Source: an uncultured Desulfarculus sp. (GTDB lineage: Bacteria; Desulfobacterota; Desulfarculia; Desulfarculales; Desulfarculaceae). Taken from it: DNA of 64,000 nucleotides. A program made the position numbers and the translations under genes. The notes beneath the pieces were generated by a model. The model made no database searches, was not told where the DNA came from, and was given only the letters and a program-made list of their open reading frames with translations. The stretch spans positions 2,816,001-2,880,000 of the forward strand of contig CAXXUK010000001.1 of the NCBI GenBank assembly GCA_963665125.2, written 5' to 3'. Positions 40,868 to 51,106 of the stretch are shown here, in pieces. Position 1 is the stretch's first letter. Every line of letters starts with the position of its first letter.

Positions 40868-43543
40868 CTACAAGGCCTCTCTGTACAGATCGGCCACCTG
40901 TGATGGGTCGGTCACCGGTCTGGGGTTAAACAGGGTAACCACGTCCAGGACAGCGTGGAACGCCGCGATATCCACTCCGTCATCGGGCACGCCGAATTCG
41001 CTCAGCTTTTGGGGATGGCCGATTGTTTCCAGGAATTTTTCCATGTCGTCGGCAGCGGCCATAGCGGCATCCTTGTCGCTCATGCCCGGATCCCTGACAC
41101 CAAGGGCTTCGGCCACCATGGCCAGCTTATCGGTGGCGAAGTCCACGTTAAAGCGCATCACCTTGGGCAGAATAATGCCGCAGGCCGCTCCGTGGGGCAC
41201 CTCGTACAGGGCGCCCAGAGTATGGGCCATGGCGTGAACCAGGGCGGTTTGGGTCATGTTGATGGCCCAGCCGGCCATGGTTGCGGCCTGCTGCAAGCTG
41301 GCCCTGGCTTCAATGTCGTTTCCGTCCTTTATAGCCCGGGGCAAGTATTTCTTTATTAAACGGATGGCATGCAGAGCATTGCCGTCGCTGAAATTGTGGG
41401 GCATCACGCTGGTTGCCGACTCAATGGCGTGGGTCATGGCATCCATGCCGGTTTGGGCCGTAAGCCCGGCGGGCAGCGACAGGGTGCAACGCGGATCAAG
41501 GATTGCCGCATCAGGAACGATGAAGTTGTCCATGATCGCCACCTTGCGGCCCGAGCGCTTGTTTTTAATCATCGCCGCGTTGGTCACCTCACTGCCGGTG
41601 CCCGATGTGGTGGGAACGACGATGTGCGGCGTCTGCTTTTCCGTAAGCCGCATTACGGTGATGTGGTCGTCCGCGCAACCGCCGTTTTTCAGGGTTATAC
41701 ACACGGCCTTGCCCGTATCGATCACGCTACCGCCGCCGGCACTGACGATGCAGTCGGCCTTGACGTTTCTGGCCAACTCCACCGCCTCGTCCACGGTATC
41801 GAGGTCCGAGTCCTGACCGATCTTGTCATAGGTGGCCACGTAGTATTCGCCCAGGGCATCCTGCACCATCTTAACGATGCCGGCGTCCCTAACCCCAACA
41901 TCGGTGAGGATCAGCGCCCGCGAACAACCCAATCTTGAGACTTCCTTGGTCAGGGCCGCCAAGGTGCCCTTGCCGGAAATTACATTGGTCTGACAGTTGA
42001 ACGGGAGGATATTAACGACTTTGGGTTCGTCCGATGTGAACCGCCAGAACAGGAAATTCTGTTTTTCGTCGGTGTATGAGCTGATGTGGACCCGTTTGAT
42101 TTCGGTGTATTCCTTGAGCCCGTTTTCGCCCATTTCACGGCCGATGCCGGACTGCTTGTATCCGCCAAACGGAGCATAGTCGCCAAACGCATGATAGGTG
42201 TTGACCCACATCGTGCCGGTTTTTATTTCGCGAGCGATCCGCTGGGCGCGGGCATTGCTGGTGGTAAAAATGCCGCCGGCCAGACCATATTTCGAGTCAT
42301 TGGCAATGGCGACGGCTTCGTCTTCATCATCGTATTTGATCACGCAGACAACGGGCCCGAAGATCTCTTCCTGGGCGATGCGCATGGAGTTGTCGACATT
42401 GGTGAAGATCGTGGGCGAATAATAATATCCGCCCTCCAGGCCGGGCACCTCGACCCTGTGGCCGCCGGAGTAAAGATCCGCGCCCTCGGCCTTGCCCAGC
42501 TCAACATACCGTTCCACCGTAGCGAGCTGGGTGGCATTGGCCATGGGGCCCAGCTGGGTCTCGGCGGCTAGCTGATATCCGATTTTGAGATGGTCGGCGG
42601 TCTGTTTTAACTTTTCGATAAACTCGTCATGCTTTTTGGAATGGACCAGGATGCGGGTGCCGGACTCACAAACCTGTCCTTGGTGCCAGAATGTTCCAAA
42701 GGCCGCGCCGGCGGCCGCCAATCCCATGTCCGCGTCATCTAGAATGATGTTGGCGGATTTGCCCCCCAACTCCAGGCTGACTTTGGTGATATTGTCGGCG
42801 GCCATCTTCATGATCATGCGGCCGACTTCGGTGCTGCCCGTAAGTGAAATTTTGTCTACTTCAGGGTGGGTACACAAGGCCTCGCCTACATCGTTGCCCT
42901 TGCCCGGCAGGATGTTCACGACACCCTTGGGTAGACCGGCCGCCTTTGCCGCTTCGCCGATTATCGATGCGCTCAGAGGGGTTATGGAGGAAGGCTTAAC
43001 CACTATAGTGTTGCCCATGACTATGGCATGGGCGATCTTCCACACGGTTTGCAGAACCGGAAAGTTCCAGGGAACTATGCCGACGCACACGCCGATGGGT
43101 TCGCGTCGAATGTAATCACGCCCTGATGCGAAGATGTTGCCGGAAAAAGGAATCTCTTCTTCCCAGGGAAATTCATGGGCCGCAAAATGGCCGTAGTTGC
43201 GCAAAATGCCCTGACAGAGCATGCCCCACAAGGTGCTTAGCCGTATAACGTGACCGGCGTCCATGGATTCGACCATGGCGATGCGAATAGACTGTTTGGC
43301 GATTTCATCGGCAAACAAATATATCTTTTCGGCCCGCTCCCTGGGGCTGATGCGGCTCCAGTCACCTTTGTCGAAGGCCTGCCTTGCCGCCATGACGGCA
43401 TTGTCCACATCCCGCGTACCGGCCAGGGCGGTGGTGGCAAACGGAAGCCCCGTGCCGGGGTCTATACACTCCAGTTTTTCGCCGTTTTGGCCGTCAACAA
43501 ATTCACCATTGATGAATAGGTTGTAATGATCCATTGTTTTCAT
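40868..43543 (-). CDS. Fusion of non-acylating aldehyde dehydrogenase and iron-containing alcohol dehydrogenase
   Basis: PWNFP, TGSTEVG, LELGGKS, GQVCESG, EEIFGP; then GGGSVID, PTTSGTGSE, DAMTHAIE, HAMAH, PHG. Confidence 0.9.
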   Translation of the reverse strand: MKTMDHYNLFINGEFVDGQNGEKLECIDPGTGLPFATTALAGTRDVDNAVMAARQAFDKGDWSRISPRERAEKIYLFADEIAKQSIRIAMVESMDAGHVIRLSTLWGMLCQGILRNYGHFAAHEFPWEEEIPFSGNIFASGRDYIRREPIGVCVGIVPWNFPVLQTVWKIAHAIVMGNTIVVKPSSITPLSASIIGEAAKAAGLPKGVVNILPGKGNDVGEALCTHPEVDKISLTGSTEVGRMIMKMAADNITKVSLELGGKSANIILDDADMGLAAAGAAFGTFWHQGQVCESGTRILVHSKKHDEFIEKLKQTADHLKIGYQLAAETQLGPMANATQLATVERYVELGKAEGADLYSGGHRVEVPGLEGGYYYSPTIFTNVDNSMRIAQEEIFGPVVCVIKYDDEDEAVAIANDSKYGLAGGIFTTSNARAQRIAREIKTGTMWVNTYHAFGDYAPFGGYKQSGIGREMGENGLKEYTEIKRVHISSYTDEKQNFLFWRFTSDEPKVVNILPFNCQTNVISGKGTLAALTKEVSRLGCSRALILTDVGVRDAGIVKMVQDALGEYYVATYDKIGQDSDLDTVDEAVELARNVKADCIVSAGGGSVIDTGKAVCITLKNGGCADDHITVMRLTEKQTPHIVVPTTSGTGSEVTNAAMIKNKRSGRKVAIMDNFIVPDAAILDPRCTLSLPAGLTAQTGMDAMTHAIESATSVMPHNFSDGNALHAIRLIKKYLPRAIKDGNDIEARASLQQAATMAGWAINMTQTALVHAMAHTLGALYEVPHGAACGIILPKVMRFNVDFATDKLAMVAEALGVRDPGMSDKDAAMAAADDMEKFLETIGHPQKLSEFGVPDDGVDIAAFHAVLDVVTLFNPRPVTDPSQVADLYREAL

Positions 43544-43603
43544 CCCCTCGTGTTTTTCTTGGACTTCTCAGACACACACTACCTGTAGTGTCGCTTTTCC
43601 CTG

Positions 43604-44053
43604 CTACATAACCATCAGCCACGGAACAAGATATGAGGCTATGCCAAGCAGAAATATTGGTAGAAAGGTATTGGCCGTCTGCTGTTTTGACCTGTCCTGA
43701 AACGGCATATTGGTTATGGATAAGTCAAAATTGAGGGTGTTTGCCTTTTTGAAAAGGCCAAAGAAATATAGTTGCATCAAAAATCGAAAAGACCAAAAGA
43801 TGGCTATCGATACCATAAGTGTTTTACCGATACCTGTCGTTAAAAGTTCATCCGTATGTACAAAAGAGATATAAGCAAATATCCAGAACAATAAAACCAG
43901 CAACTTGCTGGTCAGCCTATAAACTGCGGCGTTCATGTCGTCCAACGGCTCAAGTGTTTTTTTCCAGTTGAATAGATAAGGCCAGGACAAATCAAAAATG
44001 CTGAAACCGATATGATACGCGCCGCCTATGTACAAAAATATTTTGGGATCCAT
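43604..44053 (-). CDS. Four-TM membrane protein, first gene of the ALDH-ADH operon
   Basis: Hydrophobic helices; GAGGAG RBS. Confidence 0.75.
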   Translation of the reverse strand: MDPKIFLYIGGAYHIGFSIFDLSWPYLFNWKKTLEPLDDMNAAVYRLTSKLLVLLFWIFAYISFVHTDELLTTGIGKTLMVSIAIFWSFRFLMQLYFFGLFKKANTLNFDLSITNMPFQDRSKQQTANTFLPIFLLGIASYLVPWLMVM

Positions 44054-44103
44054 GGGTTTTACTCCTCGCGCTTTTCACTGGTGGTCTGGCCACCGTTCCT
44101 TAT

Positions 44104-44167
44104 TGACCATTGGTCAGATATTATTTGACCAATGGTCACTTGTCAACTATTATTTGACCGCCGGTCA
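44104..44167. promoter_or_regulatory. Three TetR-type operators TGACC-N3-GGTCA
   Basis: Sites at 44104-44116, 44126-44138 and 44155-44167 in the divergent promoter region. Confidence 0.8.
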
Positions 44168-44207
44168 ACTATTAGGTATTATTGGCAAAAAATTTACGGA
44201 GGAGCAG

Positions 44208-44876
44208 ATGGGCGAAATAAGGGCGAGAACCCAGGAAGAAAAGGACAACAAAAGGCAGGTGATCCTGGATACCGCATGGAAATTGTTCATGGAATCAGAC
44301 GGACAGATACCCACGGCAAAGCTTATCGCCGAGCGTGCCGACATATCCAAGGGCACGGTTTACGTCTATTTCAGGACCAAGGAGGAGATATTCCTCGAGC
44401 TGCTGCCCGAAAAACTTCGCGAGTGGTCGGAGGACGCGGCCAAAGACCTTGACGGTGCTGCCCTGGATGATCTGGACATGATCACGGAGGTGATAATTCG
44501 TTATCCGGTGAACAATCAATTCCTGATGCCGCTGGGTAGTATTTTAAGGGCCGTGCTGGAAAACAATGCCCCGGATGAAGCCATCATTGCCATGAAAATA
44601 AAAATCGCGGCACTAAGCGCCGAGCTTGGTTGGAAGTTGAGCCAAAGGCTGGTTTGGCTGGCCCCGGCTGAAGCCACCGAACTGCTTTACAGCATTTTTT
44701 CCTTTTTAAACGGTCTTTGGCAACACGTTGCTATTCCGGAAAGAATCAAGCAAAAAATGGCGGTTACCAATCCCGAATACTACGCCATGGATCTGACCCA
44801 ACTGGCCAGAAAAAATATCCGCAACCTATTGGAAGGGTATAGGATCGCTGCCTTAAGAAAAACTGCGACAAAATAA
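44208..44876 (+). CDS. TetR family regulator
   Basis: IAERADISKGTVYVYFRTKEEIFL; GGAGGAG RBS. Confidence 0.92.
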   Translation: MGEIRARTQEEKDNKRQVILDTAWKLFMESDGQIPTAKLIAERADISKGTVYVYFRTKEEIFLELLPEKLREWSEDAAKDLDGAALDDLDMITEVIIRYPVNNQFLMPLGSILRAVLENNAPDEAIIAMKIKIAALSAELGWKLSQRLVWLAPAEATELLYSIFSFLNGLWQHVAIPERIKQKMAVTNPEYYAMDLTQLARKNIRNLLEGYRIAALRKTATK

Positions 44877-44890
44877 AATCACGCCGTTAC

Positions 44891-45706
44891 TTAAAGGCGA
44901 ACGCGCAATAAACGATGCGCCCTCCTCGCCATACTGAACATTCCCATGGCTTTGAACAACATCCTGTCTTTTATACCCAATGAGGATATAGCCTCTGAAT
45001 CGGTAAAATACCATTCCTCAAGCAACTTCATTCCCAAGCCCCACTTCTCTATGAGCCTCGCATCATCAATACCCCACTGGATGCGTGCCCCTGTTTTCTG
45101 AATCGAAGGATGACGGTTGGCTCCTTTCGCGGCCAAACGGCTGTAGGCATCAAAAATGACCTCACTACCCGGCAGCCGTTTCTGCAATTCAATAAATAAG
45201 TGCTTAACGTCGTCCTCCAGGAGATACATCAACAGGCCTTCGGCCACGATACAGGCAGGAGCATCTGTGGCGGGAATTGAATCCATCCAGGCCCAATCCG
45301 TTACCGAGGACCCGAGCATGTGATATACCGGCGATTCCTCGTAGAAGTTGAGGCGCAACTCGATGACGTCCGGGTAGTCGACGTCGCACCAATATCCTTT
45401 GCCGAATCCTACCCTGATTACGCGGCTGTCCAAACCACAGCCCAAATGCAAGACCAAGGGGTTGTCACTACGGCGCAAGTATTCGGTGACATAAGCATCG
45501 GTTTTTTTGGCCCTCATGGCGAGAGTGACAAGCGTCTGCCTTGGAATTTTTAATTCCTTAAAATCGTAGTCTATGCGCGCTAAGATGTCCCTGGCCTTGG
45601 GATCATGGATTATTTGATGCATTCTTTCACTCCCCACAGCCTTGCTAAACAAGGGCACAAGGAGAGTCTCTTTTTCAGATGTTAGCCTTATTTTTTCTTT
45701 TTGCAT
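44891..45706 (-). CDS. Class I SAM methyltransferase (LCM/TcmP-like)
   Basis: ETLLVPL, LGCGLDSR, DYPDVI..R, AEGLLMY. Confidence 0.88.
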   Translation of the reverse strand: MQKEKIRLTSEKETLLVPLFSKAVGSERMHQIIHDPKARDILARIDYDFKELKIPRQTLVTLAMRAKKTDAYVTEYLRRSDNPLVLHLGCGLDSRVIRVGFGKGYWCDVDYPDVIELRLNFYEESPVYHMLGSSVTDWAWMDSIPATDAPACIVAEGLLMYLLEDDVKHLFIELQKRLPGSEVIFDAYSRLAAKGANRHPSIQKTGARIQWGIDDARLIEKWGLGMKLLEEWYFTDSEAISSLGIKDRMLFKAMGMFSMARRAHRLLRVRL

Positions 45707-45895
45707 TATTTGCCTGCCAGCGAGTCAATTTGAGAACTAAGTGCAAATTTTTTTCTGTCTAGTGACCATGCGTCCTCACCGATCGCGCCTTGCCGCCTCA
45801 TTATGCATAAATTAACATAATCCCACCCGGCACCACGGGCGTCATCGTGGATTTCAGTGCAAGGCGATTGTCCACCAGCACCTAGCTTCATGGAC

Positions 45896-47151
45896 TGATC
45901 TAACCCAGGAACAACGGACATTTGATTAAGCGACAATTTGGTTTTCAAAGGCCAGCGGGCTGATGTAGCCGTTGGCACTGTGCCTCCTGTTTCGGTTGTA
46001 GTCAACCTCGATATACTCGAATACGGCCCGGCGCATGTCCTGGCGGGTGGCGAAGCGCTCACCGTGGACCATTTCCACTTTCAGAGTATGGAAGAAGCTT
46101 TCGGCCACGGCGTTGTCATAACAGTTGCCCTTGCCGCTCATGCTGCAAACCAGTTCATGCTTGGTCAAAAGGGCTTGGTATTTCCTGGAGCAGTACTGGC
46201 TGCCACGATCCGAATGAACCAACACGCCTTTTGGCATGTGACGCCGCCACAAGGCCATCTGCAAGGCGTCACAGACCAAATCGGCTTTCATGCGCTTATC
46301 CATGGCCCAGCCAACCACCATGCGTGAAAACAGGTCGAGCACCACTGCTAGGTACAGCCAGCCCTCGCCGGTCCAAAGGTATGTAATGTCGCAGACCCAC
46401 TTCTGATTTGGAGCCGTTGCGTTAAAGTCCTGGGCCAACAGATTTGGAGCCACCGGCATACCGTGATTCGAATCCGTGGTGGCTTTGAACTTCCTGGCCG
46501 CCTTGGCCACCAGCCCCAGCCTTTTCATGCTGGCCGCTACGGTCTTGCGGTTGTATTTACGGCCCTGGTCCTCAAGGTCTAGGGTCAGCCCCGCGGCTAC
46601 GCTACGGCCCTTGCGGATGTCAAAGGTCTCTTTCACCAGCTGATCGAGCTTGTCGCGCTCCAGCTTCCTTTGACTGGGCTTTTGCTGCCTGCGCCGCCAG
46701 CCATAAAATCCGCCACGTGATACGCCAAAGGCCAAACACTGTGCCGTGATGCTGAATGTGCCTGCGTTTTGCTGCATGAACGCGTACTTCACTTCAGGCT
46801 TTTCGCGAAGTACGCCGCGGCCTTTTTTAATATGGCCAACTCCTCTTCTTTCTTGGCCAACTGCCGTTTTAGCTTGGCGTTTTCGATTTCCAATTCCTTC
46901 TCGGTCTCACTGCGGCTGGCCTCATAGCGGGCCTTCTTGCGCCAAGCATAAACCTGGGACTCATGCAGGCCAAGCTGTTTGGCCGCACCGGCAACGCTAA
47001 CCTGCTCAGCCAAACCTAGGGCTTCAATCTTGAATTCCGGCGAATAGTGCCGCCTGGTGGATTTCTTTTGGCTCTTCTGTGATGGCGTCGAACACCTACG
47101 TTAAGCAATTTACTCGCTTAATCGTGTGTCCGTCAAAACTGGACTGGATCA
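45896..47151 (-). mobile_element. IS3-family insertion sequence, copy 2 (1256 bp), inverted, orfA start mutated
   Basis: Same ends and length as copy 1; orfA ATG->ACG at 47088 and RBS GGAGG->GTAGG. Confidence 0.93.
45926..46792 (-). CDS. IS3 transposase OrfB (copy 2)
   Basis: Close paralog of 36615-37481 with DDE motifs intact. Confidence 0.9.
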   Translation of the reverse strand: MKYAFMQQNAGTFSITAQCLAFGVSRGGFYGWRRRQQKPSQRKLERDKLDQLVKETFDIRKGRSVAAGLTLDLEDQGRKYNRKTVAASMKRLGLVAKAARKFKATTDSNHGMPVAPNLLAQDFNATAPNQKWVCDITYLWTGEGWLYLAVVLDLFSRMVVGWAMDKRMKADLVCDALQMALWRRHMPKGVLVHSDRGSQYCSRKYQALLTKHELVCSMSGKGNCYDNAVAESFFHTLKVEMVHGERFATRQDMRRAVFEYIEVDYNRNRRHSANGYISPLAFENQIVA

Positions 47152-47234
47152 TTCTTAACGTGGTCTCACGACGGCAACAAGCATTATCGGCGGTTGCCAC
47201 AGGGCGCCTGGCATAGCCAGACGCCCTTAAGGCG

Positions 47235-48254
47235 CTATTTGCGCCCCAGATTCATTTCCATTGGGGTACCGCCGATGTCCACCATCTTGGAAGTGATGCC
47301 GCTAAAGCCGCAACGGGTCAGGGCATTTACCAGATAGCCCTTCTCCGGTATGCACGTTTGGCCACTCATGGTTTCAGTCAACAGTCCCAGAACCAGTTGA
47401 GACGGCCGGGTGCGTTCGTCGGTTAAAACAGCATGTATGGCCACCAGCATTCCACCGGGATTGAGGGCTCCGTGGCACTTGGCAACAACGGACTCTATCT
47501 CAGGGTCTTCGTAGTAAAGGGTGTCGGTAATCATAATCAGATCGTAGCCCGATCCCAGGGAATCCTTAAGGTAATTGCCTCCCACGGCGGTGACTCGCTC
47601 GCCAAAGCCATAGGCTTCAATGTAGGTCTGGGCCAGACGGGCTACGGAGGGACGGTCGAAAACCGTTGCCCGGAGCTGGGAATTATCCTGCACTACGGCC
47701 ATGGCGTTGATGGCCGGACCGCCACCCATATCCAGCATGGTCTTACAGCTCTGAAAACCGGGCAGTTCCTTGATATGTTCCGCAATATTTGTTGCAACGC
47801 AGCACAGGCTGCTGGCGGCATGGGCAGTAGTGTAGCGTTCACAAAATGCTTCGGAGTTCATGTTTTCATCTTCCGGAGCATCACCAGGCCCGAATTTGAT
47901 CTTATCAGCCAAGCTGGCCAGAAAGGACAGGCCGTCCTCATCGGCCAGCTGGTACCATTCCCCCAGATAGGCGGGCTTGCCGCAGACCAGGAAGTCGCTG
48001 GTTGTTTGATGGTTTTGGTAGAGGCCGTTTTTCTTGCTGACCAGGCCGCAGGCGCACAAGGCATCCAGCAGCAACTCCGTGTTGCCGGGATCAATGTCCA
48101 GTGCGTTGGCGACCGCTTCGGATACCACGGGGTGTTCCAGGTGATCGAAAATTTTCATCTCAATGGCGGTCATCATCAAACGGCTGCCAATGGTGCCGAA
48201 ATAAAGCTTGTTCAGTTCGCTGAAATCAGATTCAAATTGCGGCAATTTACTCAT
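47235..48254 (-). CDS. O-methyltransferase family 2 (dimerisation plus SAM domain)
   Basis: AIEMKIFDHL..LLDAL..GL...Y.N; LDMGGGP; GNYLKD..GYDLI; LNPGG. Confidence 0.88.
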   Translation of the reverse strand: MSKLPQFESDFSELNKLYFGTIGSRLMMTAIEMKIFDHLEHPVVSEAVANALDIDPGNTELLLDALCACGLVSKKNGLYQNHQTTSDFLVCGKPAYLGEWYQLADEDGLSFLASLADKIKFGPGDAPEDENMNSEAFCERYTTAHAASSLCCVATNIAEHIKELPGFQSCKTMLDMGGGPAINAMAVVQDNSQLRATVFDRPSVARLAQTYIEAYGFGERVTAVGGNYLKDSLGSGYDLIMITDTLYYEDPEIESVVAKCHGALNPGGMLVAIHAVLTDERTRPSQLVLGLLTETMSGQTCIPEKGYLVNALTRCGFSGITSKMVDIGGTPMEMNLGRK

Positions 48255-49659
48255 CGAGGATTCCTCCTTTTTCCATGTGCAGCACCCTAGTGCAGCAGGT
48301 GTGTATGAACTCAACGTCATGGGTCACCACCAACACAACGCCGCCATGGCTCGCCGCCTCCTTGAGCAGCCCCCCCATACGCCGCATGTTGTCTGCATCC
48401 AGACCGCTGGTGGGCTCATCCAGTATCAGAATCGCCGGTTCGGCGATCAGCGCGGCCGCCACCGCCAGGCGTTGTTTTTCTCCTCCGGAAAGCGCGTGGG
48501 GACGGCAGCGGACTTTGTCCCCCAGGCCGATGGTCTCCAGCATTTCCGTGACAGGGCCGGAATTCAAGCCGTTTGCGGCCAGCCCGAGCTTCAGTTCGTT
48601 AAAAACGCTTTCAGTGAAAAGCTGATGATCGGCCTCTTGCAACACCAGCCGGCAAAGCCGCACGCGCTCCTTGGCTTTGCGGGCCCGGCCGTCGATGGCC
48701 ACTTGCCCGCCGCGTTCCTTGAACAGACCGCACAGCAGCATGGCCAGAGTGGTTTTCCCGGTTCCGTTGGCGCCGGTAAGGGCGATGATCTCCCCGGCGG
48801 AGGCGGACAGGTTGGCCACGCGCAGGGCGTCATGGGTTTCACCGGCATAGCGGAAGCATAGATCCCGTGAGGCAAGCCTGCTTTGCATCCCTGGTTCGGG
48901 GGCTGACGCCAAGTACGCCGGGAGGTTTGTCCAACGCAGGCCGCAGCGGCTCATTTGTTCGTTGTCTCGGCTGAAAAAGTCGCTCCCCGAATTGACTTCG
49001 GCGATCCTGCCCTGCTCCAGCAGGAAAATGCGGTCAGCCAGACCCCTCAGGTAGTGGCAGCGGTGCTCGGCGATGATCAGGGCCTTTCCCTCGCGCTTTA
49101 GCGATTCCAAGGCCGCCCTCAACTCCTCCAGCGAAGCTGGGTCCAGGTTTGCCGATGGCTCATCCAAGACCCAGGCGCCAGGGCCCATGGCGTGCACCGC
49201 GGCCAGGATGGCCCTCTGCCGTTCGCCGGCGGAGAGTCCGAATATGGTGCGCCGCCGCAGATGGGCGATACCGAACCGATCGAGGGCCTTGTCGATTCTT
49301 TTTTTTATCAGCTCCCTGGGCAACCCGGCGTTTTCGCAGCCAAAGGCCACTTCGTCCTCCACACGGGTGGTAAAAAATTGCGAACGCGGATTCTGGAAGA
49401 CGGCGCCAATGCTGCCGGCGATGCGGTGCATGGGCAGATCGGCCAGGTCCAGTCCTTGGTGCAGGACCCGGCCCGCCCGGGTTCCCTTTTCAAAATGGGG
49501 AACCAGGCCGTTGAGGCATTTGGCCAGGGTGGATTTGCCGCAGCCGCTGGGTCCCGCCAAGACCACGCATTCACCGGAATGGACGTCAAGATTGATGTCC
49601 TTGAGCGCCCAGTGGGCATGACCGGCGTATCGGAAGGAAAGGTCCACGGCGCTGATCAC
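48247..49659 (-). CDS. ECF transporter duplicated ATPase (A-A')
   Basis: GPSGCGKS and GANGTGKT, FQNPRSQFF, LSGGEKQR, LDEPT; GTG start overlapping the EcfT stop. Confidence 0.92.
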   Translation of the reverse strand: MISAVDLSFRYAGHAHWALKDINLDVHSGECVVLAGPSGCGKSTLAKCLNGLVPHFEKGTRAGRVLHQGLDLADLPMHRIAGSIGAVFQNPRSQFFTTRVEDEVAFGCENAGLPRELIKKRIDKALDRFGIAHLRRRTIFGLSAGERQRAILAAVHAMGPGAWVLDEPSANLDPASLEELRAALESLKREGKALIIAEHRCHYLRGLADRIFLLEQGRIAEVNSGSDFFSRDNEQMSRCGLRWTNLPAYLASAPEPGMQSRLASRDLCFRYAGETHDALRVANLSASAGEIIALTGANGTGKTTLAMLLCGLFKERGGQVAIDGRARKAKERVRLCRLVLQEADHQLFTESVFNELKLGLAANGLNSGPVTEMLETIGLGDKVRCRPHALSGGEKQRLAVAAALIAEPAILILDEPTSGLDADNMRRMGGLLKEAASHGGVVLVVTHDVEFIHTCCTRVLHMEKGGILDE

Positions 49660-50396
49660 GTCGTGCCTCCGGCGAAAGCCGCGAAGACCAGGTGGTCTGC
49701 TGTCAGCATGGCCGCCAGGCTCGCCGTCCAAACAGTGACGACGATCACGTCGGATGGACGCAGGCGGATCTCGTGGAGGCTGGATTTGGCGCCGGACGCT
49801 TCGATGCCCCGGGCCATCGCAGCCCTGGCCAGATCTTCGCCGATGTAAAGAGAGCGGACCAGCAGCGGCACCATGGCGTAACCGAGTGTGACAATGGGCT
49901 CGCGCAGCAGACGCCCAGGCGTCAGGGCGACGCCCCTGATCCGCATGGCGTAGCGGATCTGCCGGCATTCGGCCACCGCCGAAGGCATGAAGCGCAGGCA
50001 GGTGCCCAAGGGGATGACCCATTGGGGCGGCACGCGCATGGCCTCCAGAGAGCGCAAAAAACGGCTTGTGTTTAAGCTGGCCTGGATGAAGGCCATCATG
50101 GCGAACATGGTGCCGAACTTGATCAGAATATAGAAAACGCCCAGCCCGGTGAACCCACTCTCCGCCACAGAGGCCAGGGAAAGAATCACGGCTATGGCGG
50201 CCATGATCAGCAGGACCACCACAAAGCCGACCACAAAACGCTTGGCCCCGCAGATGAGGCAAAGGCCCAGGCATACGGCCAAGGCGGCGGCCTGGAGGTA
50301 CATGTCCACGCAGTAGATCGCTGCAGCACTTACGCTGACGGCCATCCAAACCTTGACGCGCTCGTCCAGGCCGAAGAAAAAAGCGCGCAGCATCAT
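49656..50396 (-). CDS. ECF transporter T component
   Basis: LD.RVK, LRFMP, AMRIRG, AAMARG. Confidence 0.9.
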   Translation of the reverse strand: MMLRAFFFGLDERVKVWMAVSVSAAAIYCVDMYLQAAALAVCLGLCLICGAKRFVVGFVVVLLIMAAIAVILSLASVAESGFTGLGVFYILIKFGTMFAMMAFIQASLNTSRFLRSLEAMRVPPQWVIPLGTCLRFMPSAVAECRQIRYAMRIRGVALTPGRLLREPIVTLGYAMVPLLVRSLYIGEDLARAAMARGIEASGAKSSLHEIRLRPSDVIVVTVWTASLAAMLTADHLVFAAFAGGTT

Positions 50397-51106
50397 GAAG
50401 CCGTCTCTTCCGGGGCAAAGAACCGGGCTATGAGCTTGAGGGCCACGGCCCCGCCCAGTAACGCCGTCAGGAATGACAGGCACAGGACGACGGTGAAAAA
50501 GGGCATGGTGAACATCTCCACCATGGCTCCCGCGCCGGGGTCCATGGCCGCCAGCCGCTGCACCATGGTGCCGTGCTTCAGGAACAGATAGGGCCAGAAA
50601 TTGCCGGCGCTGAGCATTGTGCTGTAAAAAGCGAAGCCCAACAGCACCAGCCCAAGTCGTTGCCTGGGGACCGCTCGCCGGATCACGGCGTCGGTCAGGA
50701 ACCCGGCCGGCAGTGCCACCGGCAATAGGGCCCACCATCCCTGCATCAAACCCATGACGCTCCAGACCGTTGCGTTGAGGGTGAAGGGCCTGCGGCGCGG
50801 CGCGATGAAGGCCATAAGCATGTAGATGCTGGCCAGGAACAGGTTCTCCATGCTTTGATGAAATAACCCCATGACATAGACCAATGGCCCCAAGCATAAG
50901 TACAAGGAGAATATGAGATGGCTGAGGGCCACCAACAGGCCGTTGAGGACCCCCAGTGCTATCCAGTCCCGCATCTTGGTTTGCGTACCGCTGGGGATGA
51001 CGTGAAGGCTGGCCGGCGTAAACGGTGCGCATTGGGATGGCGCAACACTGCTTATGTCTCTCAAGCAGCCCATGCCTAGTAGCGCCAAGTGATTCTTACG
51101 CCGCAC
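50393..51106 (-). CDS. MptD-like ECF substrate-binding (S) component; start uncertain
   Basis: About six TM helices, KMRDWIALG, coupled to EcfT by ATGA overlap. Confidence 0.75.
   Translation of the reverse strand: MRRKNHLALLGMGCLRDISSVAPSQCAPFTPASLHVIPSGTQTKMRDWIALGVLNGLLVALSHLIFSLYLCLGPLVYVMGLFHQSMENLFLASIYMLMAFIAPRRRPFTLNATVWSVMGLMQGWWALLPVALPAGFLTDAVIRRAVPRQRLGLVLLGFAFYSTMLSAGNFWPYLFLKHGTMVQRLAAMDPGAGAMVEMFTMPFFTVVLCLSFLTALLGGAVALKLIARFFAPEETAS

Noticed and set aside
40868..43543. Gene symbol adhE
   Set aside because: The N-terminal domain has non-acylating ALDH motifs.
48247..51032. 723-aa and 458-aa ORF-track calls as novel fusions
   Set aside because: The N-terminal extensions are off-frame overlaps of neighbouring genes; coupled starts at 49659 and 50396 explain the real proteins.
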